Shown here: one piece after another, positions 43,820-58,638 of the stretch
How the letters are laid out: every line of letters begins with the position of its first letter
How positions within the stretch are numbered: position 1 is the first letter of the stretch
From: Eledone cirrhosa
Taxonomy: Eukaryota
Length of the DNA: 64,000 nt
Assembly (NCBI GenBank): GCA_964016885.1
Contig: OZ024740.1
Coordinates: forward strand, 274,660,001 to 274,724,000
Reading direction: 5' to 3'
Program-made: the position numbers and the translations under genes
Notes under the pieces: model-generated
Databases searched by the model: none
What the model saw: only the letters and a program-made list of their open reading frames with translations
Told to the model about the DNA's origin: nothing

Positions 43820-44069
43820 GTAGCACACTGGAAGGTAATATCCGTAGTGGTAGAGCACTCAGTCCATGGGACGAGTTAGGTAGAAGTGGTTACACAACAG
43901 TTAGTTCACCATACCGAGAACAATTGTTTCACCTTAGCGGATCCTCAGCTGGTAATGGACATGGTTATACGGCTGTTCCGTATAACCATGTCCATTACGA
44001 GCTGAGGATCCGCTAAAGTGAAACAATTGTTCTCGGTATGGTGAACTAACTGTTGTGTAACCACTTCTA
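43820..44069. mobile_element. Fold-back element (arms 43881-43972 / 43978-44069) with a hammerhead in each arm
   Basis: Plus 43998-44035: cgag-CTGAGGA-tccgctaaagt-GAAAC-aatt-GTT-ctcg; mirror copy on minus at 43912-43954. Confidence 0.75.
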
Positions 44070-44295
44070 TATATATATATATATTTATCGGGGGGGGGGG
44101 GTGTAGGCTGGGCGGGGTGTTTGGGGTTAACGTGGGTTACAAGTGCAGGTTTACAGAGTTTTCTGAGTTTTATGTATATGGGTTAAAACGATCCGAGAGC
44201 TTTCTTTACGGGTTAGGGCAATCAACTCTCTTTTTCTCACACACACACATGCACACATACACACACTCATGCACACACACACACGCACATACACC

Positions 44296-44398
<103 letters not shown>

Positions 44399-44868
44399 TA
44401 ACTTTCTTATAATATATCCCACACGGGTAAAAATATTAGAAAAAGAAGTTGTAGTCTTTAAGAAGTTCCTGGAATTAAGAAAAAATAATTATACCAATAA
44501 ATTAAGTTAACCAACATCGGAAGAAATTTTTTCATCAGAGGGTATCTTTGGATATAGAAAAATATTCAATAGATAGAATAAGGACATAGTTGCTATCAAA
44601 CAGCTTGGTCGTGGTGCGTTGGATAACGTGTGTGCTACACGACCTTGTAATGAATGTGTATATCAGGATAATATATCAGGTTCATATTGACGCTAGAAAT
44701 AGCACGCATTATCCCGTTAACAACTCAACAATTATAGAAACTCTCTAATATTGGTTTTCCTAGATTGCATTCTCCTAATGGATGTTTTGGCATTAGTTAA
44801 ACTATGTTTTAAATGATTATCTGATTCTTTTCATTGGGCTGTCCAAGAATATCATGACAAATATATAT

Positions 44869-44944
<76 letters not shown>

Positions 44945-45242
44945 AAGTGTATATATTTACGTGTGTGTATATGTGTGCGTGTGTATACTACTCACTCTCC
45001 TCACCCATCGTAAAAATGTTTTATCTAAACTTTTCAGCCTCCCTTTTTCCAACAACCTCTCTCTCCAAACATTGCTCTTCCCTGATGAAAGACTTATGTC
45101 CGATACGTTGAGACATATTTACTTCCTTTTTTATCTTCTTTCCCAATTATGAACCTAAGAACACTTCGTTGCTGCATCTCCCTGTCTGTCTCGTTTATTT
45201 CCGAACTATCTCTCTCCCCCTGTCTACCTCTCTCTCTCTCTC

Positions 45243-45475
<233 letters not shown>

Positions 45476-45713
45476 AAGAATGAGAATATCGGGAATTTTA
45501 CCAGCCCTAGATTTATATATATATATATGTCTATAGTTAGTATTCTTTTCACCTTAGCGAATCTGGTCCCTTACGATTTGAACACATATATGTATATATC
45601 TGTATTCGTTTTTCTTTTATAGTCAATTATAATATACGGCTCGGAAACATCTCTTTCCTAGAGCTATTCTATTGTAAGAGACTATTTTGAGTTTCTAACT
45701 CACTATATAACTT

Positions 45714-45777
<64 letters not shown>

Positions 45778-46035
45778 GTGTGTGTGATTTAGAACTTGTT
45801 GGCTGTACGACAATGCATGATTGTACATCCTGAAAATCATCCCCAATCTTCGTTGCTGTGTTGTTGTTTTTAGAAATAAAAATAAGCATTGCGGCAAACG
45901 TCATCATATCAATCATCAACCACAGTTCGTCAATAGCTTTAACAATCGGAGCAGATGAAGTTTTCTACATATCTTTTTCTTTACGGATTAAAGTGTAAAT
46001 TTCTGCAAAATTTGGCGATAGTGACAAGTATTGCA

Positions 46036-46093
<58 letters not shown>

Positions 46094-46141
46094 GTCAAAG
46101 AATTACAAACGAAACGAAATTTAATTTCGTTTCGTTATTTG

Positions 46142-46263
<122 letters not shown>

Positions 46264-46302
46264 GTATGTATATGTATATATATGTATATATCTATGTATG
46301 TA

Positions 46303-46401
<99 letters not shown>

Positions 46402-46409
46402 TATATATA

Positions 46410-46475
<66 letters not shown>

Positions 46476-46516
46476 CATATATAGATATATACATATATAT
46501 ACATATACATACATAC

Positions 46517-46692
<176 letters not shown>

Positions 46693-46794
46693 AATGAAGT
46701 AATTCCATCGGAAAAGTCCAGGAAAAAAGAGTGCTCTATGTAGGCAACAGAGCTTAATTATTATTATTATGTAATAAGCAACATAAGGCAATTA

Positions 46795-46854
46795 TTCCAT
46801 TTACCAGTGGTTTCTTAAAAGCAAAAGGTTTTGCTTTCAATCCTCAGAATGAAA
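46795..46854 (-). ncRNA. Type I hammerhead ribozyme
   Basis: Minus: tttcatt-CTGAGGA-ttgaaagcaaaa-cc-ttttgcttttaa-GAAAC-cactg-GTA-aatggaa; 7-bp stem I, long stem II, GUA triplet. Confidence 0.78.
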
Positions 46855-46910
46855 AAATCCTGGTTTGTTTATTGAATTAGTTTATTGAATCCTGGTTTGT
46901 TTATTGAATT

Positions 46911-46976
<66 letters not shown>

Positions 46977-47014
46977 TAAATATACATGGGTGTGTATGAT
47001 TGTGTATAGAAGAT

Positions 47015-47318
47015 TATATTAATAAAAGGAATTCCAGCTTTGTCTGATTTACTCGTTTTATTTACAATCCTTTAAAATTTATAATGGTATTATAATGAAA
47101 TAGTATGATAAAATATTAAATGTTAAGTGTTAATTGAACAAGTACTTTCATGCTTTCGCAATCTTCAGGTTCATAATGTGCGGTGACAGTATGTACTTGT
47201 TCAATTAACACTTAACATTTAATATTCTATCGTACTATTTCATTACAATACCATTATAAATTTTAAAGGATTGTAAATAAAACGAGTAAATTAGACAAAG
47301 TTGGAATTCCTTTTATTA

Positions 47319-47324
<6 letters not shown>
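47015..47324. repeat. Fold-back inverted repeat (arms 47015-47145 / 47193-47324)
   Basis: About 130-bp arms with few mismatches; adjoins (TA)n. Confidence 0.88.
47136..47172 (-). ncRNA. Minimal type I hammerhead ribozyme
   Basis: Minus: gaac-CTGAAGA-t-tgc-gaaa-gca-t-GAAA-gtac-TT-gttc; GNRA-capped stem II, palindromic stem III (AGTACT), CUU triplet. Confidence 0.7.
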
Positions 47325-47404
<80 letters not shown>

Positions 47405-47548
47405 TATACATACATATATGTGCATGTATGTATAGTATATTTGGTAATATACTGTATGTTTAATTAAAAACATTTAGAAGACCATACGCTATCGGTTTTA
47501 AAGTAGTCACCATGTCACTTAGTTCTTTTCGGCGAAAGTAGGGCGAGA

Positions 47549-47590
47549 AGCTAACAGTCTGTTTCACGGTGTTTGGCGATCATCAGAGCC
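47549..47590 (-). ncRNA. Type I hammerhead motif with weak stem II
   Basis: Minus: ggct-CTGATGA-tcgccaaacaccgt-GAAAC-agact-GTT-agct. Confidence 0.55.
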
Positions 47591-47740
47591 ACGGACCCCC
47601 TGCTTCCACCGAAAATTATAGAAGCTGGATTCTTATAGAATTCCAGCAATAATCAGGAGCTGATTATACAGAGCGATTGCCGGTCCAGCAAAAATTAGGT
47701 AATAGGATTGGTGCTTTCTACTCTTTTTTCCTTTTTTACT

Positions 47741-47774
<34 letters not shown>

Positions 47775-47984
47775 CTTCATTAAAGTAATTACTTTAATGT
47801 GTAATTTAATTCATGCATAATTATTATTTTTAACACAATAGGATTCTTTACACATGCTTGTTTGTAAAATTCGTAAGAAATAGCCTATTTTACTGTTTAT
47901 TATAATAAATTACTGTATTTTGAACTGTTTTAACTTCTCCACCTATGCTTCGAATTTTTTAATATTGTATTTGTAAAAAAAAAT

Positions 47985-48117
47985 GATGTGCTGCACGACA
48001 GGAATGAAAATCTGTACTACAAAGTCTGAGACAGTCGTCTTCTCAAGGAAGCCAGCATTGTGTACTTTACATATGAGTGGAGTTCCACTGAAGCAGTGGG
48101 GAAGTTCATGTATCTAG
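47985..48117 (+). pseudogene. RTE-clade (Expander/Rex3-like) RT C-terminal fragment
   Basis: GMKICTTKSETVVFSRKPALCTLHMSGVPLKQ / (frameshift) GKFMYL resembles GMKIS.SKSE.MV.SRK....L...G..L.QV..FKYLG. Confidence 0.7.
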
Positions 48118-48331
48118 AAGAAGAAGAAGAAGAAGAAGAAGAAGAAGAAGAAGAAGAAGAAGAAGAAGAAGAAGAAGAAGAAGAAGAAGAAGAAGATGAC
48201 GACGACGACGACGAAGAAGAAGAAACTAGCTATCGTTCATTAACTTTTCCTCTCTCTCTCTTTTTCTCTCCCTCCTCTCTATCACCCCCTCTCTTTCACT
48301 CTCTCTCGCTCTCTCTCTTTCTCTCCCTCTC

Positions 48332-48369
<38 letters not shown>

Positions 48370-48447
48370 TCTCTCTCTCTCTCTGATCTTACTCTTTATT
48401 TTACTCGCTCTCTGATTTTACTCTTTAACTCTGCCGTTCATTATTTC

Positions 48448-48625
48448 TGGCAGTATCCGTAGAGTGTCGGACACCATGCTTTCTAGCATAGTTACGTCCC
48501 TTTACGATCTGAGTTCAAATCCCGCCGTGGTTGACTTTGCCTTTCATCCTTACGGGGTCGATAAAATAAAGTACCAGTAATGCACTGGGTAATTGCTGGC
48601 CTTGTGCCTAAAGTAGAAACAATTA
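48448..48625 (+). mobile_element. SINE family 1 copy
   Basis: Central domain and tail match other copies. Confidence 0.88.
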
Positions 48626-49350
48626 TTTCTCACACAAATTATTTCTCATTTGTCAGCTTTGTATGCTCTTCTTCTTCCTCGCATTCCTTCTCTCTTCACC
48701 TTCAGTTTTACCCCAACTATCACCCCCAACCTCTTTCATTCTATCGTATTCCATGGATCATTTGGCTCCTAATGTTGCTGCTTGGAAAGAAGCAAAGATT
48801 AGAAAAGTGGATAAAAAAGTTCAAGAAGTTAAAGAGCGTCCTGAAAGAGAAATGGAGAGAAAAGCAAGTAAAGGAAAAAGACAATAGTATAAGGTAGATA
48901 AGTTGGTAGGCATGGGTTTATGTAAGTCGTTAGCTAAGTAGGTAAGTAGGGAGGGGAGGGGGGATTACATATATAGATAGGTAGGTAGGTAGATAGATAC
49001 ATAGGTAAGTAGGTGGAGAGATACATAGATAGGTAGGTGGAGAGATAGATAGAGAGGTAGACAGACAGACAAATAAATGTATAAAGAGACAGGGAGATAG
49101 ATACATAGGTAAGTAGGTAGAGAAATAGTTAGAGAAGTAGACAGACAGACAAGTAAGTGTATAACCAGGCAGGGTGATAGATAGACAAATATATATAGAT
49201 AGATAGGGATCAAATATATAGTGAAATTAAAAATATATAATTACAAAAATATTCTAAATCAAAAACAGTTATTTCCTTGTAAGTAAACAGACCCTAGCTA
49301 CCAAAATGTATTATATATATATATATATACACACAGCTTTATATATATAT

Positions 49351-50262
<912 letters not shown>

Positions 50263-50696
50263 GTTTGGATTTGTAAGGCCAAGACAATGCAGGTATGGAT
50301 ATAGAATATAAATGCAAATGCAAAAGATATGGTTGACAATTAGTCTTTTACCTTAAATTTATATTTAAATATCCTTAATTTTCAAGATAATATCTCTTCT
50401 TCGGAGGGAAGTAAAGTGGTTAATCGCGCGGTCATCGATTTTCATAGGAAAATCTGCTTCGTAGAATCGAGACGTATCCGAGGACCGCGCCATTTGAGAG
50501 TCAGGTTTGATCAGCACATCAATCGTGCCTCGAGCTGGTCGCCCGAGAAACAATTGTAATATGTCCAATAAATTCCTTTCGGCGCAACACTGATTCTCTT
50601 TTTTCTGTGATATCATACTCTGCTCTATTAGGGCATCGAGTGCTCATACGACCTAACGCATACGGACGCTCTAAGCATCCAACACCAATTATACAT

Positions 50697-50783
<87 letters not shown>

Positions 50784-51107
50784 TATATACATATATATAT
50801 ATATACATATATATATGACATATGTATATTCTTATATATATAAGAACAAAAGATGGTTAAAAGAGTTCCATGTATTCACCTCCTACATATATTCTTATAT
50901 ATATATATATATATGAATATATACATATATATATATGTATATTCTTATATATATATGAATATATATATATGTATATATGTATATATATATATATGTCTGT
51001 GTGCGTGTATGTATGTATAAATATGTGTATATATACACATATATATGTATATAAGTATGTATATATATATACACTTGAATACATATACATATCAATACGT
51101 ATATAAA

Positions 51108-51185
<78 letters not shown>

Positions 51186-51547
51186 TATACATATATACAT
51201 AATGATAATAGTAATAATAATAATAACAATAATAAGAATAACAATAATACAAAATCCACCGTAAGAAAGAAAGAAATGACAAAGAGAAAGAAGAAAGTAT
51301 ACATGAAGTAGTTCATTGAAGCTATTAGCAGTCTTTTCATTTCTGTATCTTTCATTACTTGATCTCATTCTAAAGTGTTCTTCTCTTCAGGTTTCAAAGT
51401 CTTTTAGCATCATTGGTAGATAAGTATTGCAGTGGAATGGTTTTCTCTCATCCACCTATTATCTTACTAGTGACTCAAAAACTACTCAAATTCATTGTTA
51501 TCAGTGTATACCAATTATTTGTGAAAAAGAACCGAAAGAAATATCTA

Positions 51548-51642
<95 letters not shown>

Positions 51643-51645
51643 ATA

Positions 51646-51703
<58 letters not shown>

Positions 51704-51711
51704 TATATGTA

Positions 51712-51785
<74 letters not shown>

Positions 51786-51848
51786 TACATACATATATAC
51801 ATACATATATATATATATATTTATATATATATATATATATATATACAT

Positions 51849-51902
<54 letters not shown>

Positions 51903-52528
51903 AATAATCATATGCAATTATGTAATATAAAAAACTATTAAATAAATAAAATTCATGAACTCTGTGTATATGTCCAATTGTAAATCTAGTTGTATGCCTG
52001 TCGATCTGTATTTATCTATGATTATCTCTCTTATTTTCTCACACATACAGAAATTCGCTTTTTTTTTTCATTTCATTTTGCTTGAAATGTACTGTGTTAA
52101 TATTGCATTGAGTGTGCGTATATGTGTGTGTATCTGTGCCTGTATGTATTTATATATGTATGTATATATATATATATATGTGTGTATATGTGCATGCATG
52201 TATTTATATATGCATGTATTATACACCCACACCTTTTACGTCCATGCACTTATTCACCCAATGATCATCATACGCCCATACCAGTGTAGCCTTGTAACCT
52301 GTATACTAAATATGATTCCGCTTATACTTAGCGTTTCTCTCAGTTCATCCATTTTTCATCGTTCACACACATCAGAGGTTCTTAACCCTTCCCCCCCCCC
52401 CCCCCCCGACGGCCACATATACCATCAGCGCCCCCAACCCTATTTCAACAGAGACCTGCCTACAGGCAAATTGTAAATAATTTATAATAAATAAAATTGT
52501 TAATTTATATATAATGATTAATATAATA

Positions 52529-52738
52529 CAGGCATGTCAAACATGTGGCCCGCGGGCCGCATGCGACCCTTTACAAGCACACCTGCGGCCCGTACAAAGG
52601 TTTTTATAATGTTTTATCTTCGTAATATAAAATAATAAAAAAAATAGTTGTAATGTGCGCAATAAATTGTATGTGGCCCTCAGACAACACATATGTGACC
52701 TATGTGGTCCTTTGGGGACCCTCAGTTTGACATGCCTG
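52529..52738. mobile_element. hAT/Charlie-type MITE
   Basis: TIR caggcatgtcaaac / gtttgacatgcctg; 8-bp TSD ATATAATA. Confidence 0.92.
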
Positions 52739-52789
52739 ATATAATATATACTATGTATAAATATTATATATGATATAATTGGTTTTTTA

Positions 52790-53000
52790 TATAAGTACAA
52801 GGCCAGCAATTTTGTGGGAGAGGAAAGTTCATTATTGTGCTTTATTTTACCCCAGTTCATTATTGCGCTTTATTTTATCGACTCCGTAAGGATGAAGGGC
52901 AAAGCTAACCTCGGCGGGATTTTAACTCAGATTATAAAGGGCCGTAGCTCTATGCTACAAAGCATGTCGTCCGACCCTCTCTACCGATACTGCCAATCCA
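52790..53000 (-). mobile_element. SINE family 1 copy
   Basis: Reverse-complement match. Confidence 0.85.
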
Positions 53001-54075
53001 CTGTCCTTAGCTAATGATAACATTTTAAAATGTTGTTTTTAAAATTAGCCCGCCAAAGGCGTGTAGCCCTATGCTGTAGTTTATTTAGATTATAGGTAAG
53101 TCCATAACTGGGTAGTGGTAGTAACAAAAGCAAATGAACAAAACTTGGTGGTGATTACTCTGTTGGTGTTGGTGGGATTGATCATTATTTTAATGGAGAA
53201 ATAAAGCATTGAAACTTAACACCTTTAGATGGATCATACTGGTTGATCATAGAAATAATGTTCAATTAATAATGTTCCATATATTACACAAGTCTGCAAG
53301 ATAAATACATGTTTATCCTCTATATTTATTACACCATTTGTTTAATTGCTTCATTGATTTTGTTATTTGTTTTAAGTGTTTGTCGTGTTTGACTCTATTG
53401 CAACATTTTTACTTGATAAACAAAATTGGAATTAATTCAATATGTGATTAGCATTTAAATTGCGTAAATTTATAATTCAATGAAAAATAATTTATTTCAT
53501 GTTTGCTTATGGTTTTGCATTCTTATTTTTCCAGAATGTAGCAGCATACATCTTAGAAATAAAAATATCAAAGAAGAAAAACATGATAGTTCTGTTTTGT
53601 ACTCGACTTAGCTTGCATCATATAAATATTGTAAAATAATTTTTGCTTTATTTCTTTTTTCTGAAGTAATTAGTTAAAACAAGATGAGAAATACTAAGAA
53701 TTCAGTTAATTAATTAATTTTTCATTAAAATATTGGAATAATATTGCCCACTGTAAAATTTATTTCAATGAAATAGAAAATTTAAAAGAAAATGCGGAAT
53801 TATTTTTAAATATATTCATATTTAAGTTAAATTTTACATTATACTGATATAAAAGCATTAACAAGCTGATTGGTATTTTATGCAGTTATTCATATCCAGT
53901 GCAACACCGTTGGCTGAAATTACGGAAGAGTAATTAGTTGTTGTCTCACTAGTCTATACTGAAATCTAGCTTGGAAACTACTTTGGTTTTCCTACTTCTG
54001 GGATCAAAAATATATATATATATGTGAGTGTGCGTGCGTGAGCATTTGTATGTGATATATATATATATATATATA

Positions 54076-54220
54076 TGAAAAGAGTCAGAGCCCAACGGCT
54101 GAGCTCTGGCCGTTTCAACAGAGCTAGTCCTGACTCTTTTCATAATACCCACTCTACTACCCTAAATATTGAGTACTCTGGGACGTTATGGTCCACCTGG
54201 TATCTTGCTAGACACTCTTT

Positions 54221-54224
<4 letters not shown>
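54076..54224 (+). mobile_element. Family B relative with short fold-back, in (TA)n
   Basis: tatgaaaagagtcag...ctgactcttttcata hairpin, then cccACTCtactaccctaaatattGAGTAC. Confidence 0.65.
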
Positions 54225-54261
<37 letters not shown>

Positions 54262-54262
<1 letters not shown>

Positions 54263-54450
54263 TAGCCGAATTACCCGCACCTTGCTGCGTTTCACAGATT
54301 TTGTTTTGTAAGAAAATGATGATTGATTTTAAATCAGTGATATAATTTATGGAGAAAAACTCTGCATTTCAATATTACTCAATGTAAAGTGTAAAGCATG
54401 AAAAATTGGAAAACATTATTTTTTGTAATATATCAAATCAAAATTACATA
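54262..54450 (-). mobile_element. Helitron 3'-end fragment
   Basis: a|CTAGccgaattacccgcaccttgctgcg resembles the 13464 terminus. Confidence 0.45.
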
Positions 54451-54476
54451 TATGTGTATATATATATATGTATATA

Positions 54477-54933
54477 TACGATATTAAACAAATGGAAACT
54501 ATATTTATAAAACCATATTTATTTCGTTATATATATTTCTGGGATATCATATTAAAAATATGGTATGCCTTCCTCAGACAAAATACAATATACAAGCTGT
54601 TTTATAAATAATTTTGACATACCTTAGAATAATGCAACTTCCATTTAAAAAGTTTCACTACCAAATCAACTTTTTAAATGGAAGTTGCATTATTCTAAGG
54701 TATGTCAAAATTATTTATAAAACAGCTTGTATATTGTATTTTGTCTGAGGAAGGCATACCATATTTTTAATATGATATCCCAGAAATATATATAACGAAA
54801 TAAATATGGTTTTATAAATATAGTTTCCATTTGTTTAATATCGTAAACCTACTCCAAAAACTTTTGAGTGCTTTTATATCAGTTATAAAATATTTACTCG
54901 TTGTAACCCAACAATTTTAAATAAATCTTTTGC
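54477..54933. mobile_element. Fold-back element (near-perfect arms of about 178 bp, 54477-54654 / 54668-54845) with a hammerhead in each arm
   Basis: Plus 54737-54802: tattttgt-CTGAGGA-[aggcataccatatt...aatatgatatccca]-GAAA-tatatat-A-acgaaata. Confidence 0.78.
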
Positions 54934-54955
54934 ATATATATATATGTATATATAT

Positions 54956-55153
54956 AGGAAAAGGTTCAGGACCTCGACTGCAGAGCTCTACTGGTTTCGA
55001 CGGGTATTTCTAGTCCAGAAATAGCCGTCGAAACGGCTTGAACTCTGCCGTCGGGGTCCTGAACCTTTTCCTATTACCCACTCTACTACCCAAAGTATCG
55101 AGTACTCTGGTGCGTTGTGATCCACCTGGGTTCCTTACCACACATCCTTCGTT
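54956..55153 (+). mobile_element. Family B element with imperfect fold-back
   Basis: taggaaaaggttcaggacc...ggtcctgaaccttttccta; contains GAAAC-ggc...gcc-GTC-gggg. Confidence 0.75.
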
Positions 55154-55223
55154 ATATATATATATATAAACGGAAAAATTAAACGAAATTTCATTTCCCA
55201 CTCTTAGTACGGTTGTTACTTAA

Positions 55224-55740
55224 ATATAAGTATGTACACGTACATACATATATGTATACAGACGTACAGTAGTATGTATATATATATACATACATGCACA
55301 CATATATATATGTACGTATGGATTCACCAAACATTTATTATAATGCTCGGTGTGTTTGTAAACAAACATCCCGTATTAAGCCGTAGTGTCCAGCAACCAT
55401 CGTTGCTCGTTTGTTCAACACTGACAAAGGAACGCTGTACTAGTTTCAAGCTTATTAGCTATCGTCAGCAACGTATACCTTCCTGCCAGATTGTTGAACG
55501 TATATAGCTAATAAGCTTGAAACTAGTACAGCGTTCCTTTGTCGGTGTTGAACAAACGAGCAACGATGGTTGCTGGACACTACGGCTTAATACGGGATGT
55601 TTGTTTACAAACACACCGAGCATTATAATAAAGGTTCGGTAAATCCGTACATATATATATATGTGTGCATGTATGTATATATATATACATACTACTGTAC
55701 GTCTGTATACATATATGTATGTACGTGTACATACTTATAT
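55224..55740. repeat. Fold-back inverted repeat (arms 55224-55462 / 55504-55740)
   Basis: About 238-bp near-identical arms. Confidence 0.9.
55432..55474 (-). ncRNA. Minimal type I hammerhead ribozyme
   Basis: Minus: acgttg-CTGACGA-t-agct-aata-agct-t-GAAAC-ta-GTA-cagcgt; GUA triplet. Confidence 0.8.
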
Positions 55741-55755
55741 ATATATATATATAAC

Positions 55756-56155
55756 ATCAAAAGATGGTTAAAAGAGTTCCATGTATTTTATTATGCGCAT
55801 TTCAAAAACTAATATCATCATGCAATAACATTTGTGTTTTCATCAGATAAAATAGGAAGACATGATATGAAGGTTAAAAAACACTTGTGAATAGTGCAGT
55901 TTTAAATCAACATATCACTATTCACAAGTGTTTTTTAACCTTCATATCATGTCTTCCTATTTTATCTGATGAAAACACAAATGTTATTGCATGATGATAT
56001 TTGTTTTTGAAATGCGCATAATAAAATACATGGAACTCTTTTAACCATCTTTTGATCTTATATATTATGTATACTCCAGTCCTACAAACTGTAGAGTGCT
56101 TCTTATCCGATATCTGCATTGCTTTATTGTACTACAATAAAACTCACCTCCTACA
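55756..56155. mobile_element. Fold-back element (arms 55756-55896 / 55916-56056) with a hammerhead in each arm
   Basis: Plus 55958-56028: tattttat-CTGATGA-[aaacacaaatgttat...gatatttgttttt]-GAAA-tgcgcat-A-ataaaata; 8-bp stem I, palindromic stem III. Confidence 0.82.
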
Positions 56156-56169
56156 TATATATATATATA

Positions 56170-56916
56170 TATGAAAAAATGGGTGAGAAGAATACTGCTG
56201 GTTGCACATGGATAACATGTTATAAAATGAGTCCCTCATCAGTGATTTACCAAACGATCATGGGTATTTCATCGCATTAAAAATCATATACCTCACGTTC
56301 GAGCGATAATAACTAAAATAAGTTATTAGGACAATAGAAACGCGTAAAGCTAGTGAGACAAGTAAACTACACAGGGGGAAGCTAACCGAAGATGGAAATA
56401 AACACAAGCAACATAGTTATTCTTTCAGCATAAGCTGTGTGAATATATGAGCGAGTCAGAAAACAGACCTTTCGCTAGTGAATCCGGTGTTAGAAAGAAT
56501 GAAAACCGTTTTCCCAGCGAACGGGAGGAAGAAAGAAGGGGAGAAACAGGGACTGAGTGAGTGGGAGTGCGAGGAAGAGATCAGTAGAGAGAAAGAGTTA
56601 ACTGACATGGCAGAGGGGACGAAAGAAAGTAAGAGAAACAGAGAGAACGAGGGAGCAGTAAGAGAGAAAGAGAGAAACACAGCATTGCAGTTTGGGTAAA
56701 TGTATGAAAAAATGGGTGAGAAGAATACTGCTGGTTGCACATGGATAACATGTTATAAAATGAGTCCCTCATCAGTGATTTACCAAACGATCATGGGTAT
56801 TTCATCGCATTAAAAATCATATACCTCACGTTGGAGCGATAATAACTAAAATAAGTTATTAGGACAATAGAAACGCGTAAAGCGAGTGAGACAAGTAAAC
56901 AACACAGGGGGAAGCT
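56170..56916. mobile_element. Element with about 214-bp direct repeats (56170-56383 / 56703-56916) adjoining (TA)n
   Basis: Near-identical repeats, no TG..CA LTR termini. Confidence 0.65.
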
Positions 56917-57343
56917 CGTATTTGACGGCTTATAAAACGCTCTTTTTTTCCCAAAAAGTGTCCCTGTATGTCACACTGCATCTTATAAGGACGAAAGTTG
57001 GTTTGGTTTACTGACTAAAGGAGTTTTACTGCTGCAATTACACCACAAACATCTCCGCAACTGTAAAGAAGGTGGCGATATTACAACTAGAATTACAATG
57101 TAGAATGATAATAAAAAATACGATGTACAAACTTTAGACCTTTCACCTGACATTCGTAGTTTAAACCCATTTTTAATTTTTTAATGCCTGCCCAAATTGA
57201 GGGACATCTTATGGATAAATGTTTCCCTAAATAGCATAGATACATCAGGATATTTAATAGAAACACTCTCAAGCTATCATACTCTACCACCAAAAACCTA
57301 GCCAAAACTCTAGCCACGATTAATAATACAAATTTGAAGATTA

Positions 57344-57399
<56 letters not shown>

Positions 57400-57439
57400 G
57401 AAATAAACCAAAGAAGCCTTCAATACATCAAAAGTCTTT

Positions 57440-57710
57440 ACTGTCATTTCTATAATATGAAGAGGGTGTTTAACTCCAACACACTCTAGTATTTTAATTC
57501 TTATATATATATAAAGCCATCGTTGTAAATTTAAGAACTTCACTTCTGTGAGTTCTAGGGTTCTGTCACAGCATGTGACACTTTGAGCATGCGTCTTTGG
57601 TAATGAGTTTTCTATCTCTTGTGAAAAGAATCTTAACCTCATATGTTTTGAGGAGGATCCTATCCATGTGTCCTCTAATTTAAAGCCCTTCCTAAATGAA
57701 GCCAAAGACT
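57440..57710 (+). pseudogene. Possible decayed Penelope GIY-YIG endonuclease C-terminus
   Basis: One frame with stops reads ..I*SHR..SRVLSQHV..NEFSI..FEE..IH..LKPFLNE, echoing R..EH / SA...H / F.IL / E...I...KP.LN spacing. Confidence 0.35.
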
Positions 57711-58369
57711 GATCGATGATGCTTACCAAATGCCTTTAGATACTCGAAATAAGACACAAATTGTATCAGATTATAAAAATCATACAAAGAACTGTAAGTG
57801 AAAATTATGAGTGATGAAGTGTTCTCTTTTAAGTTAATGATCAACAAGACGTGAACACCTACATTGAACTAAAAACACCACACTGAAAATTCTGAACTGT
57901 ATAAGCTGACTATGAAGAAGTGATGCTAGACCAGTGATATCTTGCATGCATTAATTTCAACTCTTCTTATTACTAATTGTGTTGTTTCTTTCCAGGAACT
58001 ATGTTGAACAATAAACTTTATTTGGTTTATTCCATGATAATATCTAGGTCTGCCTATAGACTTTTCCCCAGCCCTCATCCAATATAGAATGTATATGACG
58101 AAGTTGTGAAACCAGAATTATGGGGAGTAGTGTCCCACCTATGTGAAGGTGGTTTCCTATTTTAAACCTTAAATATTGCTTTTAGTTTCTGTGACTTTTA
58201 TATATCTATACATGTTTTATATTCTCCTCATATATACTGCATAACGTCCTTCATTCCTCCTTCATTCCTTCATTCCTCCCCTAATTCTCATATAATGCCT
58301 TTGTACTTTCCCATAGGTCTTTGTATATACCCTTTTTATCGATTTTTGTTTTGTATTTATGAATGTAGG

Positions 58370-58638
58370 CAAGGACCTTGTTTCAGGCGGGGTACCTGGG
58401 GACAAGTCACCCCTCCCCCACTTTTTCAAATGTCTGTTTTATTTTTGGTTTATTTGATATAATAAATTCTTTTAAAGCATATTTTTTTTATATATAAACT
58501 TAATTTGAATATACAAAATTTAATTAGTGTAAAATTTTCCTTATGTGATAGGGTCCGGGAAAGGACTAACATGCTCTTTTAAGAATCAACAAATGTTGGT
58601 TTGTCCCCTTCACATTTTTAAGGCAAACAAGGCTCCTG
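58370..58638. mobile_element. hAT-like MITE
   Basis: Imperfect TIR caaggaccttgttt / aaacaaggctcctg; 8-bp TSD AATGTAGG. Confidence 0.8.

Noticed and set aside
44500-44545. Minus-strand CTGATGA near a TA/GA tract
   Set aside because: GAAA and stems missing; at best a decayed relic
51391-51550. Possible exon containing CYQC
   Set aside because: In-frame stop shortly after the acceptor in that frame, no donor, runs into microsatellite
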